NCBI GenBank assembly: GCA_046598345.1
Contig: JBKJIT010000004.1
Span: 201,226 to 265,225, forward strand
DNA from: Minisyncoccia bacterium
Lineage (GTDB): Bacteria; Patescibacteriota; Minisyncoccia; Phycocordibacterales; UBA918
Reading direction: 5' to 3'
Length of the DNA stretch: 64,000 nucleotides
Shown: positions 33,237 to 42,101 of the stretch, one piece after another
How the letters are laid out: every line of letters begins with the position of its first letter
How positions within the stretch are numbered: the stretch's first letter is position 1
Notes under the pieces: model-generated
Databases searched by the model: none
Told to the model about the DNA's origin: nothing
What the model saw: the letters and a program-made list of their open reading frames with translations, nothing else
Program-made: the position numbers and the translations under genes

Positions 33237-33497
33237 TTATGAAAGTTCCTTTAACTTATTTATAAAATCTTTTTCGTTCACCCCTCCGGTTGAGAAAAGC
33301 TCGCCATTTATGATAATTCCTGGAGAGGCAAATATTTGATGCTTTTGTACAAGTTCTTGTCCTGCAGGATCCATAAGGCTTACCTCTGAGAATTTTACAT
33401 TCGGCCAATCCGCTTTTATCGTCTCCCAAAACGCTTTAAAAGCCGCGCAGTGTGTGCATCCCGGTGATGATAGTTCCTCAAGTAAAATTTCTCGCAT
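33237..33497 (-). CDS. Thioredoxin/glutaredoxin-like protein
   Basis: SPGCTHC, cis-Pro segment ASPGIIING. Confidence 0.85.
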   Translation of the reverse strand: MREILLEELSSPGCTHCAAFKAFWETIKADWPNVKFSEVSLMDPAGQELVQKHQIFASPGIIINGELFSTGGVNEKDFINKLKELS

Positions 33498-33580
33498 GCA
33501 AAATGCTCTTAGGTGATTACTAGTTCATTGTAACAACTCATTCTTTTAGTTTTGTCGAGTTGTACCCAGAAAATCTGAAG

Positions 33581-34147
33581 CTAGCAAGAAATTTCTTGAT
33601 ATCTAAAACAATCTTTGATGTGATCGTTTACCATTCCTACAGCTTGCATGTGCGCGTACCAAACTGTCGGTCCCAAGAACTTAAAACCTCGCTTTTTAAG
33701 ATCTTTAGACATTGCTATAGCCAGATCGGTGATCACAGGAATGTTCTTCCCCGTCTTTCTTTTTCCATCAATTGGTTTATCTGCAACCCAATTCCACATG
33801 TACGTACTAAAACTTCCAAACTCTTTCTGAACCTTAAGAAATGCCTGAGCATTTGTAATCGTCGAAGTAATTTTAAGACGATTTCTAATTACAGATGCCT
33901 CATTACAGAGCCTCTCAGCGTCTTGTCCAGTCATTTTTGCTACTTTCTTTGGCTCAAAATTTTTGAATGCTTTCCTATACCCTTCTCGCTTATTTAAAAT
34001 GATTCTCCAGGAAAGCCCTGCTTGGGCACTTTCGAGCACTATAAATTCAAAGAGTTTTTGATCGTCGTATATTGGTACTCCCCATTCTTCATCATGGTAC
34101 TTAACATAGAGATCGTCACCTCCTTCTGTCCATTTGCATCTTTTCAT
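33581..34147 (-). CDS. tag: DNA-3-methyladenine glycosylase I
   Basis: RCxW, YHDEEWG, LESAQAGLSW, GFKFLGP, GMVNDH..C. Confidence 0.95.
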   Translation of the reverse strand: MKRCKWTEGGDDLYVKYHDEEWGVPIYDDQKLFEFIVLESAQAGLSWRIILNKREGYRKAFKNFEPKKVAKMTGQDAERLCNEASVIRNRLKITSTITNAQAFLKVQKEFGSFSTYMWNWVADKPIDGKRKTGKNIPVITDLAIAMSKDLKKRGFKFLGPTVWYAHMQAVGMVNDHIKDCFRYQEISC

Positions 34148-34178
34148 ATGCAAAGAGTACCAATTAACTGGTCCGTCT

Positions 34179-34267
34179 TACAGACGCTGTACACCCTGTC
34201 GATATTTCTTTTCGTCTCCTCAAGGAGTATCTGACAGGGTCTTGCGAAAGTCTCCCAGACTTTCTCA
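34179..34267. mobile_element. TACAG...TTCTCA hairpin element
   Basis: Shares TACAGAyGCTGTAyACC and GGTCTTGCGAA-hairpin-TTCTCA with 44620-44691. Confidence 0.65.
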
Positions 34268-34335
34268 CCCCATTCAGTATCGTGATAACGAATATACAGC
34301 TCATCTCCGTTTTTTACCCAGTCGCACCGTCTCAT
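34268..34335 (-). pseudogene. 5' fragment of a second tag homolog
   Basis: MRRCDWVKNGDELYIRYHDTEWG aligns to the intact Tag N-terminus; similarity stops at the element. Confidence 0.8.
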
Positions 34336-34468
34336 ATTTTTATGTGTATCAGTCCTTGAAACTTCATGCGTGAGCTATATACCTTGTCGCTATTATTTTT
34401 GATTGCAGAGATTCTAGCTGAAAAAGTCCTGCAAGATGAAAATACAAAATCTTGTACAAAAATGTGTT

Positions 34469-34933
34469 TTAGCGAGTCACGACCATCTCTTCATCTTCAG
34501 TGTACGCGAATGGAGCGCAAACACTGATGCGACCCCCTGGTGTCTTAATAATCCTGTATGAAGTTCCTTGGTCAGTAGACTCAGCAGGATCACTTGGAAT
34601 GTTAGTCAAATACTTCTCGTCGGTAATCAAATCGTCAATTCTAATACCATCACAAGAAAAACCTACTTTACAAATATCAAGTCCATCTTCAATGCACGAT
34701 GCCCCAGTAGGAATATCTCCTGGGTATGTACCTTGATTATCAATAGCATATTGGTGCACAGCATCAAGAATTGATCGAATATCACTTCTTCTTTGGGCAT
34801 CTTGTGCCTCACTAAATTGCTTTCCAGGATTAATCGCAACAATCACTACGGCAGCTAGAATTGCAAGAATTGCAATAACAAGAAGTACTTCAATAAGAGT
34901 GAAACCCTGTGTGTTGTTATTTCCTTTAAGCAT
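34469..34933 (-). CDS. Type IV pilin-like protein
   Basis: Prepilin site G|FTLIEVLLVIAIL; IPSDP; Cys pairs. Confidence 0.9.
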   Translation of the reverse strand: MLKGNNNTQGFTLIEVLLVIAILAILAAVVIVAINPGKQFSEAQDAQRRSDIRSILDAVHQYAIDNQGTYPGDIPTGASCIEDGLDICKVGFSCDGIRIDDLITDEKYLTNIPSDPAESTDQGTSYRIIKTPGGRISVCAPFAYTEDEEMVVTR

Positions 34934-35160
34934 ACTTTGTTAAAAACTAATATGGCTACAATAACGGCAACATTACCATCACGTCAACAGTATACAATAT
35001 GGTTACTCTATCTTTTGGTATTCTATTTATAAGAGTCTTAATCCTGTACTAGTTTCTACATACAATGACATTTCTTCATATTTACTTAAATTCAAATAAA
35101 AACACATTCTCAACTCTTTCTGGCTTAGACACTGCAGTCTTCACTCTGGGATAGACTGTA

Positions 35161-35189
35161 TTGACCAAAAAGCTGAATTTGCGTATGAT
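35161..35189 (+). promoter_or_regulatory. Sigma70 promoter of tRNA-Ala
   Basis: TTGACC-N17-TATGAT. Confidence 0.7.
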
Positions 35190-35217
35190 TGGCGGGCTTA
35201 ATGTTTAATTTCAGAGT

Positions 35218-35291
35218 GGGCCCGTAGCTCAGTTGGCTAGAGCGTCTGTTTTGCACTCAGAAGGTCGCAGGTTCAATTCCTGTCGGGTCCA
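35218..35291 (+). tRNA. tRNA-Ala(UGC), CCA not encoded
   Basis: GGGCCCG/CGGGTCC acceptor stem with G3:U70, TGC anticodon, GGTTCAATTCC T-arm. Confidence 0.95.
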
Positions 35292-35307
35292 CTCTGAAAT
35301 AAAACAA

Positions 35308-35518
35308 GTAGGTACGTAGCTAAGGCTTAACCTATTATATAGTTGGCTATTCAAAATCCGTCTCCCAGACGGATTTTGCTATTTTGCGCAGAGAAGGTAG
35401 AAAAGTATGGGATATTTTTCTAAATCCTTGAGCATCCGCCAGCTGGCTGAGTGCGAAAAGTGTACTGACCATGTTAATGCTGTCGAGGGCACAATTTAAT
35501 TGCCCAAAGCTGGCATTA
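35308..35518. repeat. Array of consecutive hairpin modules (REP-like)
   Basis: CAAAATCCGTCT-CCC-AGACGGATTTTG and others; 35430-35465 is 32/36 identical to the reverse complement of 44630-44665. Confidence 0.65.
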
Positions 35519-35632
35519 CTATCGTATATCCACGCACTGTGAAGAAATAAAAAATTGATTAGAGTGATACACTTTACTAATGATATTGGTGAACGTCCTA
35601 ATGAATAACATTTAATAAAATTTAAATACATT

Positions 35633-36976
35633 ATGAAAAAAGTTGTTATCCTACTTATTTTACTGGTTATTCTTGGAGGAGTAAGTGTTGCTTATTATTT
35701 TTCAAGTGAACCAAAGGAGCTACAATCGAATGAGTCAATAATTATCCTATGGGCAGAATGGGCTCCTGCTGATTCACTTAAGGAACTTGTAAAAGATTTC
35801 ACAAAAGAAACTGGCATTGATGTAACTGTTGCTACTGTGCCCTGGGCTGATTTTTCAAAAACAACCTTTGATGTATTTGAAAAGAAAGGTCAAGATTTTG
35901 ACATGGTAGTAGGTGATTCGCAATGGCTTGGAAAAGGTTCACGTGACGGGAATTATGTTGAATTAACTCAGTTTGTTAAAGCAAACAAGATTAATGAGTC
36001 TATGCATCCAGTTGCACTTGAGGGGTACGGGGAGTATCCAAAAGGAAGCCATAGATACTGGGCAGTACCACTAGAAGGCGATGCGTTTGGATGGGCATAT
36101 CGTAAAGATCTTTTTGAGGATGCAACCGAAAAAGCTGCTTTCATGAAAAAATATGGTTACCCTCTTGATGTTCCTGAAACATGGGCACAAGTACGAGACA
36201 CAGCCGAATTTTTTCATCGACCGGAAAGTGGATTTTACGGCATTGGCATTCCTACAGGAGTTGCTCATGACACTCTTTCTATGGGAGTTGAAAATCTTAT
36301 CTGGGCGATGGGTGGAGAGCTTGGTGATTATGAGTCACATAAAGTTGAAGGAATACTCAATAGTAACAAAAGCATTGCTGGACTTGAATTCTACAAGGAA
36401 TTATACAAATTTACTCCACCAAATTACGAAGATGCTTTTTACACTGTTCCGCTCGTTGATTTTGAAAAAGGAAAATTGCCGATGTTCTTTAGTTATTTTG
36501 CTTTTTTTCCTGAGCTCGAAGATCCATCAAAAAATCCACATTATGAAAATACTGGCTATTTTGCTATGCCAAAGGGTCCGCTTGGTGATCGAGTTGCTTC
36601 GCTTGGAGGGCAAGGACTTTCAATTAACAGCTATTCAACCAAGAAGGATGCCTCACTCACATTCATGAAATGGTTTATTAAAGAGGATGTCCAGCAGAAA
36701 TGGGCGAGATTGGGTGGGTTCAGTGTGAATAAGAAAGTTCTTGCATCCGATGAATTTTTAACCACAGGTGCTCGCTTCAACCCCGTATTTGCAGAGTCTA
36801 TAGGAATGTTAAAAGATTTTTGGGCTGACCCAGTATATTCAGAACTACTTGAGGCATCACAAGCTAGATGGAGTAAATTCATAACTACTGATGAAGTCAC
36901 CGCGCAAAAAACAATGGATACGCTTGCGGAGGAATGGGAGAATATATTTGAAATTAACGGTTATTATAGAGAATAA
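35633..36976 (+). CDS. Extracellular solute-binding protein (sugar ABC family 1)
   Basis: N-terminal anchor, FTKETGIDV, YRKDLF, PETW, LGGQGL. Confidence 0.88.
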   Translation: MKKVVILLILLVILGGVSVAYYFSSEPKELQSNESIIILWAEWAPADSLKELVKDFTKETGIDVTVATVPWADFSKTTFDVFEKKGQDFDMVVGDSQWLGKGSRDGNYVELTQFVKANKINESMHPVALEGYGEYPKGSHRYWAVPLEGDAFGWAYRKDLFEDATEKAAFMKKYGYPLDVPETWAQVRDTAEFFHRPESGFYGIGIPTGVAHDTLSMGVENLIWAMGGELGDYESHKVEGILNSNKSIAGLEFYKELYKFTPPNYEDAFYTVPLVDFEKGKLPMFFSYFAFFPELEDPSKNPHYENTGYFAMPKGPLGDRVASLGGQGLSINSYSTKKDASLTFMKWFIKEDVQQKWARLGGFSVNKKVLASDEFLTTGARFNPVFAESIGMLKDFWADPVYSELLEASQARWSKFITTDEVTAQKTMDTLAEEWENIFEINGYYRE

Positions 36977-36985
36977 GTAGATTCA

Positions 36986-38392
36986 GTGCTCATGAAAGGA
37001 GGAAGGAAAACTATTGGATTGAAGCTGGGGATTATGCTCCTATGCATGGTTACTATACCCACTCTTTCACTTGGCCTTCTTACATACTTTACGTTTAAAA
37101 ATGAAACAAATACAAGTGCGGCTACTGAACTTGCAGTCATTGCTCATGACTGGAAAGTCATTACTGAGACGTATATACAGCAAGAAGAGCGGGTTCTGCG
37201 TCGTGAGGAAACTCTTGTTGAAACACGCCTTAAATCGATCTCACTTCATGTCAAAGCACTCATTGAAGCCGAAGAAGACGAGTCTGGAACCGTTTCAGAA
37301 CATGTAATTGAGCTTATTGATAGTATTGAGTTAGGACGTAATGGATATGTTTTTTTGCTTGATTATGCGGGAAATTTTGTTCAAACAAATACACAAACGA
37401 ATCAAAGCAAGAAATTCTCAAAAGTCACAAATAATGAAGGCGAGGATATAACTGCTGAGATTCTTAAGAAAAGCCATGAGCTTCGTAATGGTCAAACGTA
37501 TACCGCACAATTTGTATGGTATGAAGAGGGATCAAACGAACCTCGAAAACAACTCGCGGTTTTTAGTTATAGTGAAAAACTAGATATTATCGTTGGCGCT
37601 CTTTCTTTCTATTCAGATTTTCAAAGCTCAGATCTACGATGGATACTTCAAGATGAGCTGCGTACCCTGATGTCAGAGCAAACGATAAAGGATAATGGTT
37701 ATGTTTGGGCCTTGAATAGTCAAGGAGATTATCTTGTCTCAAAGGAAAAACTACGCGATGGAGAAAATATTTATAGTACACAAGATTCAAAGGGACAATA
37801 TATCATTCAAGATCTTATAGCTTCTGTTACTGCACTCGAAGCAGACGGGATCTATACGACTCAATTTGCATGGAAAAATTTGGGAGAAATTAGTGCTAAA
37901 GAACAACTAACTGCAGCAACGTATGTTCCTGAATGGGATTGGATCATTGCAGTGAGTGCAAACGAAGATGATTATCTAAAAGGGCTAACCCGCATTCAGT
38001 GGTATATTTTCTTTGTGAGTATTTTTGCGATTCTTGCAGGCTCTCTTGCAAGTTATATTTTTTCTCAATACATTACAAGGCCACTCAAATCGCTTCAGAA
38101 AGCCGCCCTAGAAATGAGGGATGGTAATCTAGATCACCCAATTACAAACTCTTCACACGATGAAGTGGGATTACTTGCTGATGATCTTGAGGTTATGAGA
38201 CAGCAACTAAAAAGCCGAAATCAAAACTTGGAGCAAACTAATACTGCTCTCAAGGAATTATCTCTAGATCTGACTACGAAAAATGAATCCGTTGAAAAGC
38301 TCAACAAGTTTATGATTGATAGAGAACTCAAAATGATAGAGCTAAAAAAGGAAATTGTAGATCTTAAGAAAAAGAATTTTCCTAATTCTTAA
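36986..38392 (+). CDS. Cache plus HAMP sensor protein without output domain
   Basis: Two TMs, GYVFLLD/GYVWALN Cache repeats, HAMP (ITRPL...DEVGLLA), ends in DRELKMIELKKEI coiled coil. Confidence 0.8.
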   Translation: MLMKGGRKTIGLKLGIMLLCMVTIPTLSLGLLTYFTFKNETNTSAATELAVIAHDWKVITETYIQQEERVLRREETLVETRLKSISLHVKALIEAEEDESGTVSEHVIELIDSIELGRNGYVFLLDYAGNFVQTNTQTNQSKKFSKVTNNEGEDITAEILKKSHELRNGQTYTAQFVWYEEGSNEPRKQLAVFSYSEKLDIIVGALSFYSDFQSSDLRWILQDELRTLMSEQTIKDNGYVWALNSQGDYLVSKEKLRDGENIYSTQDSKGQYIIQDLIASVTALEADGIYTTQFAWKNLGEISAKEQLTAATYVPEWDWIIAVSANEDDYLKGLTRIQWYIFFVSIFAILAGSLASYIFSQYITRPLKSLQKAALEMRDGNLDHPITNSSHDEVGLLADDLEVMRQQLKSRNQNLEQTNTALKELSLDLTTKNESVEKLNKFMIDRELKMIELKKEIVDLKKKNFPNS

Positions 38393-38568
38393 TTAAAACC
38401 TTAGCTCGCAGGACCCTCGTCGCAAGCGGATGGCGCATTCTTATCGTTCGTTAGCAAATCTTCTTCTACAGTCACACTAAAATATCATACAATCTGAACC
38501 GTTCATGTAATGCAGAATTCCTGTGAGCTGCCTATCTATGGCATCAGCTTGATATTCTGTGGCATACT

Positions 38569-39057
38569 GTGCCTATGTCACCTCATGGTATCGATAAAGT
38601 GATTAGTGCAGTGGGGTCAGTCTCATCCCTCCTCATCCATACTTGTCTTTTTGCTAGTGCTTTTCTCCTTGCGCTTTTTGGTGTTGTGGAATGGAGTATT
38701 ATGCTCCTTATTCTAACAACCGTTGTATCACTGGAGGCAATTTATCTTGCAATTTTTATTCAAATGAGTGTTACAAGGCAAGCTAAAGATCTTGAAAGTG
38801 TTAGTGAAGATGTTGAGGATATTCAAGAAGACATCGAAGAAATTAGTCACGATGTGGATGAGATTCAAAAAGACGTTGATGAGATTCAGGAGGACGTAGA
38901 CGAAATTCAAGAGGATGTTGAGGAGATTCAGGAAGATGTGGAAGAAATCACAGAAGAACCCGAAATCCACAATCAAAGTTCGCAAACTGTCTCTATAGAT
39001 GAACTGACATCAGATCTTCGAAAAATTCTTGCGAACTTAGAGCGACTCCAAAAATAA
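38569..39057 (+). CDS. Two-TM protein (DUF1003-like) with acidic heptad repeat
   Basis: TTVVSLEAIYLAIFIQM followed by about seven EDVEEIQ-type units. Confidence 0.7.
   Translation: MPMSPHGIDKVISAVGSVSSLLIHTCLFASAFLLALFGVVEWSIMLLILTTVVSLEAIYLAIFIQMSVTRQAKDLESVSEDVEDIQEDIEEISHDVDEIQKDVDEIQEDVDEIQEDVEEIQEDVEEITEEPEIHNQSSQTVSIDELTSDLRKILANLERLQK
38806..38952 (+). repeat. 21-bp coding tandem repeat, about 7 units
   Basis: Degenerate GA(A/G)GA(T/C)GT.GA.GA.ATTCA(A/G) units. Confidence 0.75.
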
Positions 39058-39092
39058 CAAACACCCTGTTACGCAGGGTGTTTGTTATTTTT
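39050..39092. terminator. Bidirectional intrinsic terminator
   Basis: AAAAATAACAAACACCCTG-ttacg-CAGGGTGTTTGTTATTTTT between convergent genes. Confidence 0.9.
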
Positions 39093-39133
39093 GTGTAAGT
39101 GCAAACCTCTTGTGACGAGAACAGCACCAATGA

Positions 39134-42022
39134 TTATTGGTTTAATATTGTGCGTGTTTTTGGCCCTACGGTACCTGTGGGCTCAATTACATGCTTTAGT
39201 TGCAGGAATTTGACGGCAGATTTAGTTAGGTCTCCAAAGTAACCGGTTATGTCTCCATTGTAAACCTCAAGTGAGGTAAGTAGCTTCTGAAGCTCCGACA
39301 CCTCGGTTCCGCTAGAGCCAAGTTGTAGATCTTTTGTAAAAAAGTATTTAGAAGCACCCATGACTTCTGAAGATACTGTTTGTAATACGGTTAAATCTAC
39401 TTCATTACTCAATAAACCGTTCGGAAGCTGTGCAGAGATTTTGTGGAGCCCTATACTTGTTACTGGAACATAAAAGGTGAGTTGGTTTTCAGAAGGAGTG
39501 TTAATAAGAGCTGGTCGATTCTTATCGAACATGATGTAGGTAACACCTCTCAAATTTATGCCTTCTACGGTAATTAATCTGCCGATTTCAGCTGAACTTG
39601 CGGAAATTGATCCAATATATGGAGCGTCGCTGCACTGATCTAGGAGGATTTTAATACTGGAAATATCAGAAGCAGTAATGGTAAGACTTGCATTTAGATC
39701 AGCTTTGTCATCGAAACCAGAATTGGAAGAAATAAGCCCAGACTTTGATTTAACATATTCAACATCTTTTGCGTCAATAGAACCATCTCCGTTTACATCG
39801 GCATTTGAACACGTTGGTGCAGCAGTTCCTGAAGTACTTACAGTGTAAGTGAGAACCGTACAATTATTCGTTTCACTTGATTCACTCACAATCCCTGAAG
39901 AATCAACACAGTGCCTCACTTGCAGAGTCCCTGATTTAGTAAGTGCTAAACTAGCTGAAGTATCAAGGAACCGTCCTCCTGCAGCTGTTGTTCCTCGAGG
40001 ACTTGTAGTATTCAATGCTTCCCATGGACTTATGGTGTCGTAGCGGTAAGAAAAACTATCGACATACATTGACGGTGCATTTACTGTACTGCTATTTTTT
40101 ACTTCAGCAGTAAATGAAAGAGTCTGCCCCACTGTATAAACTGAGCTATTTCCTGAAACGAGAGTAAATGCTTGGCTGATAAGATCGGGTAATGCTGCGT
40201 TAGTTTGCGTAACCGATACAGAAACTGTTGCAGATTTAGAAACTGAGCCAGCTGAATTTGAACAAGTAATAGTATAGGTTGTCGTTTCTGTAGGATTTAC
40301 AATCGCTGTCGCAGAAGTCTTGCCAGAATCCCATCCAACATTCGTGGCGCTACAATAATCGGCACCAGTGGACGAAAGTGTTAGCGAACTACTTTGCCCG
40401 ACAGTGATGCTTGACGGTGTTGCTGCAAAATTTGTGATTATTGGTAGCGTCGATAAAGTATTTGGATTAACACTATACACGACTATAGTGCAATTATTGG
40501 TTTCGTTGGATTCGCTTACAATCCCAGAAGAATCAACGCAATGTTTTACTTCCAATAATCCTGCCTGAGTAAGCATGAGTGATGATGAGGTATCGAGGAA
40601 CCTACCCCCCGCAGCAGTGGTTCCGCGAGGACTTGTGGTATTGAGGGTAATCCAAGAACCGGACGACCCGTAGCGGTACGAGAATGTATCAACATACATT
40701 GATGGAGACTGGGTAGTGCTATTGTTTTTTACTTCTGCCGAAAATGAGATAGTTTGTCCGACAGTGAGCACTGGACTGGGGCCCGAGCTAAGACCAAAGG
40801 TTTGGCTAATGAGATCTGGCAATCCGGTAGTAACTTCAGTTACGGGTGCACACGCATTGAGCCACGAGAGGATTGAGCTTGCTTCGGTCCGTCTTGCTCC
40901 AGTGCCAACCGCTCCAGTTGTGAGCGAACTCCCTGTAAGCCCTGTGAGATACCTTGTGATTATAAGTCCGTCTGTGAGTGAAGAAATTTTGTCATCACCG
41001 TCTGCGTCGTAATCATGAGTTGCAATAAAGTTTTCAATGGCCGTTGAAGTTATGCGCGTAGCACCTGCCCCAATCACACCAGTAATGAGCTGGCTCCCTC
41101 GGTAGGAGTTAAGGTACCGAGTAATTAACAAGCCATCTGTAAGCGCATCTTTTTTTCCGTTACCATCGATGTCGAGGTTACAAGCTTCTACAGTTGAATC
41201 TGAATCCAATGAAGGTGTACCCCCAATTGTGAAAGGCCCAGTTTGGCCATCACCAGTTCCACCTCTATGGATTCCTGTGCTGTAATCGTAGACAGTCAGG
41301 GCGTATGCTCCATTTTTTAAGTTCGGATCATGGGCCCAAACAAAACTACCTGTATTTGAGATGCCTTGAGCAAGATATTTTGCTACTTGGCCGTTTTTTT
41401 CTCCTGATGCAAAAAAAAGTGCAATACCTATTTTATGATCGCCTAATCCTGACGAGGTCCATCTTATAGTTGCAATTGGTGAATTACCCGTTCCTTTTGT
41501 ACCACTATTATCTAAACTATACCCTGCTTGTGGATAGGTTACAGTAATAGCTGGCGTTTCAGCAACTGGAAGAGGTATGTCTGACTCGCATGTGTAAAAT
41601 GCATTTAGTTTTGCACGTGTACTTGGGCCCGTCTTCCCTGTTCCATAGAGAAGGCCATACGGTGCAAGGATTTCGCTCGCATACTTTTGTTGGAAGCCCG
41701 TTACGGCAGCCGCAGTTGCCTCGTCGTAGGATGTGGAATCATTGGAGTTAAAACCTTGAAGCTTAAGTGCTGTCTTTAATGCAATCACTTCAGCGCCGGA
41801 ATCACCCACATTCAAGTTATATGTAAACTCATGACAAAACGATCCACTGGATGTCTCACCAGTAGTTCTGCCAGTCATAGTATTAACTTGTGCCTGAAGT
41901 TGCGTAATGAGAGCAAGCAACTGCTGAATTTGTGCAAGCATTTCGTCAATCGTTGCCGCCTTCGAAACAATGGGTGTAAATAGTGCGAATACAAGCAAAG
42001 TGCTAACAAGGAGTTTTTTCAT
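39134..42022 (-). CDS. Large surface protein with peptidoglycan-binding, dockerin-like, CARDB and IPT domains
   Basis: Signal peptide; GxxGPxTRAxLN at both ends; DIDGNG/DVNGDG; PDL...VDS...ESNETNN twice. Confidence 0.75.
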   Translation of the reverse strand: MKKLLVSTLLVFALFTPIVSKAATIDEMLAQIQQLLALITQLQAQVNTMTGRTTGETSSGSFCHEFTYNLNVGDSGAEVIALKTALKLQGFNSNDSTSYDEATAAAVTGFQQKYASEILAPYGLLYGTGKTGPSTRAKLNAFYTCESDIPLPVAETPAITVTYPQAGYSLDNSGTKGTGNSPIATIRWTSSGLGDHKIGIALFFASGEKNGQVAKYLAQGISNTGSFVWAHDPNLKNGAYALTVYDYSTGIHRGGTGDGQTGPFTIGGTPSLDSDSTVEACNLDIDGNGKKDALTDGLLITRYLNSYRGSQLITGVIGAGATRITSTAIENFIATHDYDADGDDKISSLTDGLIITRYLTGLTGSSLTTGAVGTGARRTEASSILSWLNACAPVTEVTTGLPDLISQTFGLSSGPSPVLTVGQTISFSAEVKNNSTTQSPSMYVDTFSYRYGSSGSWITLNTTSPRGTTAAGGRFLDTSSSLMLTQAGLLEVKHCVDSSGIVSESNETNNCTIVVYSVNPNTLSTLPIITNFAATPSSITVGQSSSLTLSSTGADYCSATNVGWDSGKTSATAIVNPTETTTYTITCSNSAGSVSKSATVSVSVTQTNAALPDLISQAFTLVSGNSSVYTVGQTLSFTAEVKNSSTVNAPSMYVDSFSYRYDTISPWEALNTTSPRGTTAAGGRFLDTSASLALTKSGTLQVRHCVDSSGIVSESSETNNCTVLTYTVSTSGTAAPTCSNADVNGDGSIDAKDVEYVKSKSGLISSNSGFDDKADLNASLTITASDISSIKILLDQCSDAPYIGSISASSAEIGRLITVEGINLRGVTYIMFDKNRPALINTPSENQLTFYVPVTSIGLHKISAQLPNGLLSNEVDLTVLQTVSSEVMGASKYFFTKDLQLGSSGTEVSELQKLLTSLEVYNGDITGYFGDLTKSAVKFLQLKHVIEPTGTVGPKTRTILNQ

Positions 42023-42101
42023 TAAAAGTGATTAGATTTATATACTTTCAGCATATCACCTTCATGATAAAAATATGAAGTTCTCCCCTATTCCAAGGTG
42101 A

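Noticed and set aside
35347-35631. 94-aa minus-strand ORF
   Set aside because: Overlaps the hairpin array and an AT-rich promoter region; not protein-like
38806-38952. Possible CRISPR or non-coding array
   Set aside because: In-frame 21-bp coding repeat with third-position variation
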